Shown: piece by piece, positions 40,738-52,225 of the stretch
How the letters are laid out: each line of letters opens with the position of its first letter
How positions within the stretch are numbered: the stretch's first letter is position 1
Notes under the pieces: model-generated
Told to the model about the DNA's origin: nothing
The model's database searches: none
Seen by the model: the letters and a program-made list of their open reading frames with translations, nothing else
NCBI GenBank assembly: GCA_964016885.1
Contig: OZ024745.1
Coordinates: 81,158,001 to 81,222,000 of the forward strand
Source: Eledone cirrhosa
Taxonomy: Eukaryota
Length of the DNA: 64,000 bases
Direction of reading: 5' to 3'
Program-made: the position numbers and the translations under genes

Positions 40738-40835
40738 CTTCCATATAGGTTGACATCAGTAAAGTAAATAGGAGAAATAAATTTCTCTATTCTTTCAAGT
40801 GTTGTCCGTTTATTTTTCATTACATGGTGTTCCAT
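40738..40835 (-). CDS. MAN2C1: Cytosolic alpha-mannosidase 2C1, coding exon 1
   Basis: Translates [32 protein letters not shown](R), matching the MAN2C1/Ams1 N-terminus (RTTLERxEKFxSPxYFTDxNL). GT donor at 40737-36. An acceptor tttctttcctcAG lies 13 nt upstream of the ATG, implying a non-coding exon further upstream. Confidence 0.93.
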
Positions 40836-41039
40836 GATGGATTAAAACTGAGGAAAGAAAGTTTCAAATTAGGATGAAGTTACATAAAATGATGAAAGAG
40901 TAAATTCACTAGCTAGAACTGAAATGGAAGATGTAAATTTACTCTAAAGTCTAAAATCTGTCTCACACCTGGAGGCTCATCAGGCTGATGCTTATCTCCA
41001 TCACAGGGTATTGTATGCTTATGTATCATTTATTGCTTG

Positions 41040-42420
41040 TGCAATAAATGATACATAAATGATAATAGAGGCACTTCAACATCATCTTCATTCAATCTTT
41101 CAATTGGAGGTGTTGTTCCATTACCAAGATCTAGCAGCCTACTTCGCAAACTCTCTCTGATCTCTTACTCTGATATTATTGCTTAATCTAATGTTTCACC
41201 TTTTCTTCTCTGTTGAACAGCATCAATTACAGCATCAGCAATCATTTGTTTCTCTTCAGTAAGAGAACCAATATCAGAGTGGTTGATGTCAACTTGAGGA
41301 TCAAGTTGAAGCATCTCATTGGGCTGAGGTTGGCCCAGTCTTGTGCAGTTGGTACCAATTTCAATCAATATTGCGTTAATGTAACCAAGTGCCATGTTTT
41401 CAGCTTGGTGACCATCCATTCCTTGATGCAAATAGTCCTTAATTATTGACTCTGTATGTGCATTCTGTAATTGCACAGAATAAATACACAGAGCAGCTAA
41501 CATCATATGAAGTTTTGTTGGCATGTGGTGGGTAACAGCTTCCTGCAGAACTTGGCTTATATAATCATCATTTTCAATAAGACCATGTCGCAAGCAGGCT
41601 TCTTTGAAGGTTGGAAATGTTTCTCCCTCCACTGTTTGTAGTTCTTCAAAGCACTAAGTGCTTGCCACGTAAAGTAGCAATACTCTTAAATAAAACTTTT
41701 CAACAATTCTGGGGCTGACTGTGTACATTCTACTAATGATATCATTGTTCCTTCTTCTTGGCATCCATTTTCTGTTGGTATCATTGAACACATAGTGTTC
41801 TGGAATTTCTGCATATAGGTATTTGCTTGCATTTTTGTCTTCTTCATTTAGCTTGAACCAGGCAGTAAGGGTCGTGTCTCAATGTCCCTGCATTTCTACC
41901 GCAATCTGAGCATTGCCTCTTTGAAAGTAAACTGTTTGTTCTCCAAGTGTATGGCTAGCCTGTACACTATGTGATGTACCATGAAGCTTAAATTCAAAAA
42001 GATGCCACACTGCTTCTGGTAGAGACACATACCTGCAAAACCAAGATAATTTCTTATTTCATCTTGATTGTGTTGGTTCTAAACATCATTAGGTAATACA
42101 TTATCGGCTACTTCTACAGATGCACAATCAGGCTCCTTGTAAACATATTCAAAGATGTACTTGATGCTTTTTACAGAAGAGCAAACTTCAACATTAATAT
42201 GCGCACAATATTTCTTAAGCAAAAAGGCATTAAATGGCACAACATTCCTGTTATCTACTGAATGTCGTCCAATTTGCACTGCAGTTCCCGTCTTGCGCCT
42301 CCTGTACTCTGGATATCCATTTAGGTTCAATAATGTTTCCTCTCTGGAGGTTTTTGGTAAAATCCATTTTGCATACATGGGGTAAAAGGGTTTCCAGAAC
42401 CACATAGCGCATGGATCATA
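41040..42420 (-). mobile_element. Helitron Rep/helicase relic
   Basis: GYPEYRRR...VDNRNVVPFN...HINVEVCSSVKSIKYIFEYVYK, TTLTAWFKLN, FYLRVLL, TFKEACLRHGLIENDD; frameshifted. Confidence 0.9.
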
Positions 42421-42814
42421 AACTTTTAAACCTTCTCATGTAGTACGTTTATTTTGAAGCATATTTTCTTTTCTTTTCTTTTCTGTTGTATTAATCTAGC
42501 TTCCTCTTTACTTCATTTGTTTCCTCACATCTCTGTTGTTGTCGTCTTCTATCTTTTTCTATTATTTCTTCTCACTGTTCCTGTCTGACTCTTGATCTGT
42601 ATCTGCACATCCTTTCTCAAACAGCTTGCAACTGTCTTTCTTGGAGTAGAAAGAATAAATCCATTTTATTAAGGCGCTACTTTGTGCAAATAATAAATGT
42701 ACACTCACACAAATACAGACATACATTCACACAAACACATAGCGTCTCACAACTCCTTCCTTCGTACGTAACGAACGTATGAAACATGCAGAATTATGAT
42801 ATCATCAAGCAATT

Positions 42815-43400
42815 TAGACTGAGAAGAGAGAATGGAGTGTAAAATAAGAAAATATAAAAAAGAAAACGGAAAAGGAAGTGAATTTCACAGAAGAATGGTG
42901 ATTGGGCCCTGAGCCTAAGGCGCGGCGGTTATGGGGCTGCGCCCCGCGGACAAGATCGCAAAAGCATTCCCGCAGACTATGGCCAGCGGCGACACCCACC
43001 TCGCATCACTCCTTCTTCAGACGGGCCGCCGACGTTCCGATCTTGCGGAGGAACTCGACAGTACGGGGTCCAAGTATGCCTGAGGTCTCGACGGGGACCG
43101 GAGCGAAGAGGAAGCGGCCGGACAATCCCCGTTCTTTGTTTAACTTTTAGTGAATTGGTCACAGGGTTATTTACTTTGGTAAACGCCACTGCAGGCCAAC
43201 CACTAATTAAATTCGATACAGATATAATAAGGTTAACAAACTCGCTCGTGAGTGAACTGTCCGAGAGCCGGTCGCCAAATAAGCCAAGATGTCTCTTTTC
43301 TCCCTCCTTTATAATCCCTAGACCGGAATCTTCTAGAATTCAACGGGAAGTGACTCCAATTAGTTTTTTCTCCCCGGGCAAAGTGGCGCTAGTCGCTACA
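42815..43400 (-). mobile_element. Probable solo LTR (GC/CpG-rich)
   Basis: Minus strand starts TGTAGCGAC like the other LTRs here; TATA-like TATAAA near 43310; possible TSD AATT/AACT. Left boundary uncertain. Confidence 0.55.
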
Positions 43401-44454
43401 AACTTCCTTTCTTCTGCATGGCGGGCCGCAGTACCGGGGTTTGTGACCGAAGCGACTAAGTTGGAGGCTAACAACGTGTCAAAAGTTTATCATTACGTTT
43501 ATTCACTTAGTAAAAAAAAAAAAAAAAAAGGCGTTATTGTTGTGCCGTGTCATTCTTTATTTCTGACAACACGTGAACTATGTATAAATAAATACAAACA
43601 GAGTCCTTGTGTTTCTCAATTTTTCTTTTCAATATCTGTATGATGACCATTGCATGCCTAAATTTAGTTTTAATCGATGAATTAAAATAGCTCTAAGCCA
43701 GTATTTTATTCGTTTGTTGGTTTTAGATATCAATTAATTTCGGTAAAATGTACCTAAATTTGTTATTCACTTACAGTTTCTGGTTTACTGTGTGTTGTTT
43801 CGTTCAATTATCTTGCTTAATATAACAATAAATCCACATCCATACGAACTGGTGCGTGTTTTGTTTACATATTTGTAATTGTAAATAAATGGTATTTTCG
43901 TAGAGAAATTAGGGATAATGATAATTAAAAAATTACTACTTACCAGAATATGGACGATAAAATAAAAAGGTAATAATTAGTCGGCAAGATAAGCTATAAT
44001 TTATGACTAGATAAGTTATAGTTATCTTAAACGAAGGGAAATAACTCTTACTTAGAGCAAATGAGATGTGTCTACGCCTGGAGTGAACAATTTGTCTCGC
44101 ACTTGCAAATTACAAACCATAATGTGTGCGTGTTCTTCTGGCTTCATTATTTTATAAATTTTCATAATTTTTCAATACTTAGGAATTATTTGTCAACCCC
44201 TAAGTTGTTGTATTTCCTCAGAGTTAGTTCCTCTTACAAATTCAGGACAATAATAAACAGGAGAGGGCTGAACATGGCATAATGTCAGACATCATGCTTT
44301 GCAGCATAGTTATTGCCCTTTACGTTCCGAGTTCAAATCCCCCGAGGTTAACTTTGCCTTTCAGTCTTACGAGTTCGATAAAATAAAGCACCTGTAATAC
44401 ACTGGGGTGATTGCTGGCCTTGTGCCAAAAGTAGAAACAATTATTATGGTAGAC

Positions 44455-45670
44455 ATATAAACACACACACAAAAACATATATAAACACACATATATAAAT
44501 AAATACACACATAAACATATACACCCACACACACACACACATATATAAACATACACACATATATATATACACACACGCATATATATGCATACACACAAAT
44601 GTATATAAACACATACATACACATATAAATACACACATACATATAAACAAACACATATATATATACAAACATGCATACGTATCTCTAAACATGTACACAC
44701 ACACACATACATACATATAAACACACACTCATATACACAGCCACTTTACTGTGAAACCCAATATTAGAACATTTTTCTTCTCTCCCACAATTATTTTGTC
44801 ATTCTCTCTCAAAATATACCCCTCTCTCTCATAATTCCCCCTCTGTTACTAGACCACCAAATTCTTTCCCCCTCTATATTTCACTGCATACCTCACTCTC
44901 TTTCACTCTCTTAATTCCCCCTCTCTCACTAGACCAACATATCCTCTTCCCTTCTCTATATTCCAATACATACCTCATTCTCTCCCACAATACCCTCTCT
45001 CTCACTAAACCAACAAATTCTCTCCTGCTCTCTATATCCCCTACATACTAAACTCACTCTCACAATTCCTCCTCTCTCTCTAAAAGAACAAACTCTTGCC
45101 TCCTCGCTCTATACCACTACATACCTCACTCTCTGACAATTCCCCCTCTCATTATCTTAATTTTCCATCTCTGATTAAATCAACAAACTCTATCCCCCTC
45201 CCTCTCTATCCTACTACATATCTCTCTCTTTTCAATTTCCCCTCTCTCACTAGACCACCACATTAACCCCCCCACCTTTATATCTGACTACATATATCAC
45301 TCTCTCTCACTAAAACAACAAACTCCCTCCCTCTTACTCTATACCACAACATACCTCACCCGCTCTCACCTGACTCCAATACGTACCTCATTCTCTCTCA
45401 CTAAACCAACAAATACTCTCCTGCTCTCTATATCCCACTACACACCTCACTCTCACTGACAATACCCATCTCTCACTAGACCACCAAATTCTCTCCACCT
45501 CACTCTCACAATAACCCCTCTCTCAATAGGCCTATGAACTCTTTCCTCCTCTCTATAACCCATTACATACCTCACTCTCTTAACTCCCCACTCTCACTAT
45601 GCTAATGAACTCTCACCTCTCTCACTAGGCTAATAAACACTCATCCCTCCCTATATCCCACTACATACCA
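44455..45670. repeat. (CA/TA) microsatellite followed by a degenerate CT-rich tandem repeat
   Basis: Recurring CTCTCTCACTAGACCACCAAATTCT...ACATACCTCACTCT units. Confidence 0.85.
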
Positions 45671-46169
45671 CACAACTGCCTAATTAGGCCTATTCTTTTA
45701 AGCTTCCTTAACCCCTCTAGATAGTCAAACTCACAGGTGGATAAATATATATATACATACAGGTGAAGACTTATCACCATATTGATGGTGGGTGTTGTGG
45801 TGAACATCTCTTTGGGATTAAAGAAATGGACTCAACAGACTATATGAATAAGCAACGTGCCTCATTGGCAGCAGTTCGGTCTGAATCTCGCTTGAAAGTC
45901 TCATGATTTGTCAGAAGTTATTATCCAAAGTGTTATAAAAGTGGGTGAGACACAAGTGTAGATATGCCTCCCAGCTTTCATCACTACCACCATTTTAGCA
46001 TTTATATTACCAAGTTTTCACAGGTGAGAATATCTTCACCAGCACTACATGTCATTAGACATCATAGTCCTTTGTTATCTCATTCATGAGTTTCAGCATT
46101 CAGGCACCCGTTTTCATTGGTTTGTCCTCTGTCATCCTATGTTCCACTCATGTTGTGCTGAATACTTCT

Positions 46170-46468
46170 TATGGTACAGTTGGTGAGTTGGTCACGCCTC
46201 CAAGACTGAAGCGTGTAAAGAAGAGAGAGAGAAGACAGGAGTCATCTCTAGGGAGAGAAAGCAGCAATCATCTCTTCATAAGGTTGAAGTCATCTCTTCA
46301 GCTGTGGCGTGGAAAGTGATAGAGAGAATGGCCTCAAGCTCTCAAATATATAGTCTCCATGGGGACGTAACTCCATTTAGTTCATGGATGTGGCACTAGG
46401 GGTCACGGCCGTCACAAAGGGACGCAACTCTTATACGTTCTGAGTTCCAGCAGTAAGAGGTCGCTACA
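46170..46468 (-). mobile_element. Diverged solo/partial LTR related to element 1
   Basis: Reverse complement TGTAGCGACC...AACTCAGAACGTATAAGAGTTGCGTCCCTTTGTGACGG...ACTAAATGGAGTT...GACTATATATTT aligns to 11080-11335. Confidence 0.8.
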
Positions 46469-47599
46469 CTTATACAGCTATTATCTCTCTCAATATACCC
46501 TACGTACTTTTAGCAACATTATCATATCTCATATCTAGTTTTTCTTTTAGCTTGCTTATGCTTTATAGTTCATGTATAGTTCATCAACTGGAGCATGTTT
46601 GCTTCATTTGTTTCTAGTTTATGAAAATCTTCATTCAAAGCCAATCTCTCACTATCATTTTGAACACAAACATAATACAATATATTTTTTATTTTGAGAA
46701 AGAAAAAGCCTATATTACCAGTAGAAGCAATATGTCGCTGGACTTCTTTCACCTTGTGCTTACTCTGACAAGTATGCTTTAGGAATACCTACTTCTACAA
46801 CTAATTAGGTTACCTTGACAACAAACATTATAAATTACTTCTTGTGAGCATTTGAAAGAATCTATATTACTTAGGATCTTAATATTTACTGCTTCTGCGG
46901 ATCTGCCATATACAAAGTTTTCCCTGTCTGTTAGCCTGCCTGTAATCCTAGAACACTTCTTTTGTCTCCATAAAATTATGGAGACAAAAGAAGTGTTCTA
47001 CATTGGGTATATTCTATGGAATTTCTACCTACAGCTTTTCTACAGATTGAGCACAGCTATTTCTCTGATGGTAGGGTGGTCCTGTGGTCTTTATGACTTA
47101 CTAAAACTTTAATCTTAGCAAAGTTTACTTTCAGGGTTATGGGTTTTGCTCTGTAATTTCTCCTCTAAGTCTTTTCAGTTTTATAAAAATTACGTCATCA
47201 GGATGTAGGACTTCAGGGTGAAAATAAATTACCTCTAAAAATCATATGAAAACTAGCAACAACCAAACTTATTGCAAATAATTTTATTTGCTACTCTATA
47301 TTTCTCCTTTTCTTATTACAATAGTGGAACCCATTCATAAAACACACAGAAGTAAATATTATCAAGTGTTTATTATTTTCTTGTTAAATCAAATTTATTA
47401 TACCAAATTTATAATTGCTCATTTAAATTCTGGATGTAGGCACAACATCGACAGTTGCATAAAACAAATAAATAAATAGATAATAACAAGATATATCTGT
47501 GCACTCTCTGAAGAATTGTTGTAAGGAAAAGAGTTATGAATTTTTTATATTATATGATACATGGGGTGTAAATTGCAGAATCAGTATATATATATATAT

Positions 47600-48900
47600 C
47601 ATCGTTTTTACCTCCACATTTCTATGCTTGCATGGTTTGGACGGGTCCTTCTCAACACTTCATCTCTCCACATATGATCCTTTGTCATCTTCTCTTTAAG
47701 TCTTAGCTCTCACAACCTCTGCCCAGGTCTTTCTTAATCTACCTTTAAAGTGGCATCCTTCCACTGGTATTTCCTGGCATACCTTCACCCAGTAATCATT
47801 TTCCATGTGCATCACATATCCAAACCAACGCAGTCTTCTCTCCTGCACACCACCTTGGATTCCTCTTAAACCCAGCTTCTCCCTCAACCCATTGAAGCTC
47901 TGCTTTTTTCTCACTTATATTGCACATCAAATGGAGCTTGGCTGCTTCATTTTTCTCCAGTCTACGCATGTCCTCTGCAGTCACAGCCCAGATTTCACTA
48001 CCATGCATCATCGCATTTTGCACACAGGTGTTATACAGTCACTCTTTTCTACATAGGGAGAAATCTTTTTTGGTCAACAGTGGGAGTAGTTCTCTGAACT
48101 TTTTCCCTGCTATCCTTATTTTACCTATTATGCTTTCAGAGTACCCTCCTCCATTGTTAATTACGTTGCCTAGATAGTAGAAGCTGTCAACCACTTCTAT
48201 GGGTTCTTCCTGTGACTGGAAATGGTTTACATCACTGGCTCTCTTCCCCTCACTTAACCACTGCATCTACAAACAAAGTTTTCCCTTCCTGTTTGTCTAC
48301 CAGTTATCCCACTACATCTCTTGTATATCCAAGATTTACATTGTGTACACCATATGGAGTTTATGCCTACTCCCTTTCTACATATAGAGCAGGGCCATTT
48401 CCTTGAAGGAATCTAAACTGTATCTTGTCTAATTTGACTCTCTCTCTCTTGTTATAGTTGTGCTATAACTCTTTTCATCACTTTCATAACTTAGTCCATT
48501 AGTTTTATTCCTGTATAGTTGCTCCTTTCTAGGGCATACCTTTGCCCTTGTAGCAATTTACAATTGTACTGCTGCACCAGTCATTAGATATGGCACCATC
48601 ATGTATTACCTGATTGACCATGCGGGTTACTAGTTTGACTCCTACTTCATTCGATCCTTTTAACATCTCAGCAGCTACTCTGATGGTCCTGCAGCTTTAC
48701 CATTTTTCATTTCTTTGATTGCTTCTTTAATCATATAACTGTCAACTTCAATGGCTGGCCCTTCTGTTGTGTGGGTTGGGGGTAGTTTCTCTTCCTCCAA
48801 TTCATTCTCTACATTCATTAGTCTCTCATAGTAACATTCACAGGCCTCTTTCTTTTGAGCATCAGTAGGGCTAAATTTATCTTTCCTTAACAACACCACG
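47600..48900 (-). mobile_element. RTE-type LINE fragments
   Basis: EVVDSFYYLG, HGSEIW, RRLRWFGYV, KMKNGKAAGP. Related pieces at 52350-53520(-) and 57200-57560(+). Confidence 0.85.
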
Positions 48901-49232
48901 ATATATATATATAAACAAAAATATCAATGGAAAAATCAACTTTCATTTAAAAATTTTTTTTTTCTCTTACACGTTTCAAAGATGTACATCCAATTTCCAT
49001 GAATTATCTCCCTTCACTAGGAGTTACATAAGGTTTTTAGTAAATTTTTTCATTTATTTATTTTTTTATCTCTTTAAAGTTAGTAAAATATTCACATAGG
49101 AACCAGGTGGAAAAACTCATTAATTTTTAATAATTTCTCTGTACTGATGATGCATGTCTTAGGTTTATCCTTCCTGCCAAAGATAAAATTGATGTTTCAC
49201 TCACATTCCCATTCATTTTGAAACTTTTATCA

Positions 49233-49360
49233 TCTCTCTGAGGAGAAGGAATGTACAAAGATGGCTATATATCTATGCCTATATATAAACACAATTGTGC
49301 GAAATGTTTCCCAACATTTTAAAAAATTGGATGTATAACTCCTTCGAAACGTGTAAGAGA
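49233..49360 (+). ncRNA. Type I hammerhead ribozyme motif, long stem II
   Basis: TCTCT-CTGAGGA-GAAGGA...TCCTTC-GAAA-CGTG-TA-AGAGA; stems I and II pair; predicted cleavage after GUA at 49355. Confidence 0.75.
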
Positions 49361-49464
49361 ATAAATATGTTTTATTAAATGAAAGAAGTTGATTTTTTCA
49401 TTGATATTCTTGTTTATATTTGCTCTACATTTATGCCTACACCTCCACATGTTTCTCACAAATA

Positions 49465-49551
49465 ACCTTCTGACGAGAGTTTATCTTTTCAATGGAAGCC
49501 CGCAAGGACTTTCCATTTATTTTTGAGACTCGAAACCGATTCGGTAAAGGT
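49465..49551 (+). ncRNA. Type I hammerhead ribozyme motif, complete stem III
   Basis: ACCTT-CTGACGA-GAGT...ACTC-GAAA-CCG-att-CGG-TA-AAGGT; all three helices pair; predicted cleavage after GUA at 49546. Confidence 0.85.
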
Positions 49552-49608
49552 AACCATAGTAGGTACAGTGAATTTTTTGAAATTTATTTTGAAACTTTGG
49601 AATGATAG

Positions 49609-49874
49609 GGACCCCAGTCCCTATCATCTCATTTCTACAGCTGAGTGAACTGGAGCAATGTGAAATAAAGTGTCTTGCTCAAAGAAACAACACATCACCC
49701 GGTCTGAGAATTGAACTCACAACCTTTCGATTGCTAGATCATTGGCCTTGCAATCGAAAGGTTGTGAGTTCAATTCTCAGACCGGGTGATGTGTTGTTTC
49801 TTTGAGCAAGACACTTTATTTCACATTGCTTCAGTTTACTCAGCTGTAGAAATGAGATGATAGGACTGGGGTCC
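49609..49874. repeat. Head-to-head inverted duplication of a CORE-like SINE fragment
   Basis: Arms 49609-49734 and 49750-49874 are near-perfect reverse complements with a 15-nt spacer. Same SINE family as 60060-60390(+) and ~25950-26075(-). Confidence 0.92.
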
Positions 49875-49965
49875 ATATCATTCCACTGCAAAGTGGACGT
49901 GTAGGCGCCACGGAAAAAAAGCACCCACCACTCACTGTAAATGAGGTTGGTGTTAGGAAGGGCAT

Positions 49966-49993
<28 letters not shown>

Positions 49994-50001
<8 letters not shown>

Positions 50002-52225
50002 ATACTTTGGGAGGGTCATGTTGCCAATAAGAAACACACGCACCAGTTGCTTTCACTTCAATTTATTATAATAAATTTATAAATTTAGGAATTTATAAAT
50101 TTCCGGTTGGTTGGTTGGTTCCACAACCAGATGGTTGTTTATATATTGTCAAAGTTCTTTCGTCACACATTCTGTGACCTCTTCAGTGACCTTAGCAATA
50201 TGTGCCCTACAAGACCAGCAAGAGGCAGACCACCTACCATTACCTCAATGGCCAAGAAAACCCACACAGATAGATGGAACGGGTGGACCAGAGCCATACG
50301 GACCCCCGAAAACCACGATGAACTAAAGAAAATGATTGCACATGCGGTGGGGGCCAGCATAAAATTAACCCTTAAGGAACATATGTTCAAATTTAATGGA
50401 AAAACATATGCCCAAGAGGAGGGAGCAGCCATTGGTGTTAGCATTGCAAGCGACATAGCTAACCTATTCATGGTATGGTGGGACAGTAGACTTAAACTTA
50501 AACTTAAAGAACAATTAGAAGACCCCTTAACCCTGATAATGTACTCCCGCTACATTGATGATATAAACATTGTAGTTAAAACACCCCCACTAGAGAACAG
50601 TCAGGAATTAGAGAAAAACACAATGGAAAGCATCCAGTAAATAGCTAACTCCATCCACCAGAGTATTAGAGTTACTATAGACTACCCAAGCAAACACCCC
50701 AACCATCGATTACCTGTACTAGACACAGAGCTCTGGTTAGATACCATGCGGTGGATTGGCAGTATTGGTAGAGGGTCGGACGTCATGCTTTCCAGCATAG
50801 TTACGTCCCTTTACGATCTGAGTTCAAATCCCGCCGAGGTTGACTTTGCCTTTCATCCTTACGGGGTCGATAAAATAAAGTACCAGTAATGCACTGGGTA
50901 ATTGCTGGCCTTGTGCCTAAAGTAGAAACAATTAATAACAAAAAACAAATCCTCCATTCCCATTATGCCAAACCCATGACTTCCAAATATCTGATCCACC
51001 GAAACTCAGCTGTTTTGGACCATACCAAAATCAACATACTGACTGTGGATTTGGTACGGGTGATGAGAAACATGTCCCGCATGTGCAACCCCGAAGAACT
51101 AGAGAGACACATACAACACTTCATCCACCATATGCAGTTCTCTGGTTACAATCAGAGAGATAAAATCAGAGTATATAGAGGAGCCAGAACCAATTGGGAA
51201 AAAATGGTAAATAATGACACAAATGGGACCTGCCCCTTGTATAGGAGCAAATTTTGGAATAGAATAGAAAGAAGTAGGAATAAGGCTAATAGAATAAACT
51301 CATGGTATGATGGCAATAAATACCAGAGTGTAATGTTTATCGATACAACCCCTAGAGGTGAATTAGCTTACAAATTTAGAAGGACGCTAGATAAACATAA
51401 ACTCAATATTAAGATAGTAGAAAGACCAGGTACCTCCATAAAAACACTTATTAGCAATACATACCCTTTTCAAAGACCTCCCTGTATAGATAAGAAATGT
51501 ATAATCTGTAAATTAAGCCCCCATATTAACTTTAAAATGTACTGAAGGACAATGTAGAGATAAAAATATAGTCTACATAGATGAGACAGCATGTAGTATA
51601 GGGGAACGGATAAATGAACACTGGCGAGACCTTCAAGATAGTAAAGAATCATCTGTACTCTACCAACATGCTAAAATAGAACATAAGGGTAAATTAGAGA
51701 ACATAGAAATAAAAATAGAATCTACACACAGAAAAGACAAATCACAGAGGCAATAAACATAAATGAATTACAACCAAAATTAAATAGAAAACATGAGTGG
51801 AACAGCAACATCACAACTTACAATTAAGGACAAAATGAAAACACGCACGCACATAGAACAAACAACCAACCAGTAACATGTAAATAAACAAATAAATAAA
51901 CGAATATAAACACACAGAGACACCCGGATGTAACACATGCACAAACTAAGCACACAACACACACACAAAAACAAGATGGCGTAGGACAGAACAAAGGAGA
52001 GGCACAAAAAACAAAGAAAAGAATCCCAGTCACTGAAGAGGTCACAGAATGTGTGACGAAAGAACTTTGACAATATATAAACAACCATCTGGTTGTGGAA
52101 CCAACCAACCAACCGGAAATTTATAAATTCCTAAATTTATAAATTTATTATAATAAATTGAAGTGAAAGAAACTGGTGCGTGTGTTTCTTATTGGCAACA
52201 TGACCCTCCCAAAGTATAACAATAT
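49994..52225 (+). mobile_element. Penelope-like element (Neptune-like) with inverted pseudo-LTRs 49994-50190 / 52029-52225, interrupted by a SINE at ~50748-50935
   Basis: RT motifs FKFNGKTYAQEEGAAIG, RYIDD, LPVLDTELW, HYAKPM; Cys-rich linker CIDKKCIIC; decayed GIY-YIG (YIDETAC.IGERINEH). The ~197-bp inverted terminal repeats show one mismatch by eye. Confidence 0.9.
52029..52071 (+). ncRNA. Minimal HHR motif in the Penelope pLTR (mirror copy at 50148-50190, minus strand)
   Basis: GTCA-CTGAAGA-g-GTCACA-gaatg-TGTGAC-GAAA-gaac-TT-TGAC. Confidence 0.65.

Noticed and set aside
42902-43643. GC-rich ORFs as a small host gene
   Set aside because: No recognisable protein motifs; better explained as a solo LTR plus flank.
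44320-44728. Cys/Val/Tyr-rich ORFs
   Set aside because: Translation of a (CA/TA) microsatellite; the same applies to 57011-57256.
46560-47230. Possible further Penelope endonuclease relic with a minus-strand CTGATGA...GAAA (~47170-47203)
   Set aside because: Too degenerate; stem II does not pair and the protein similarity cannot be supported by eye.
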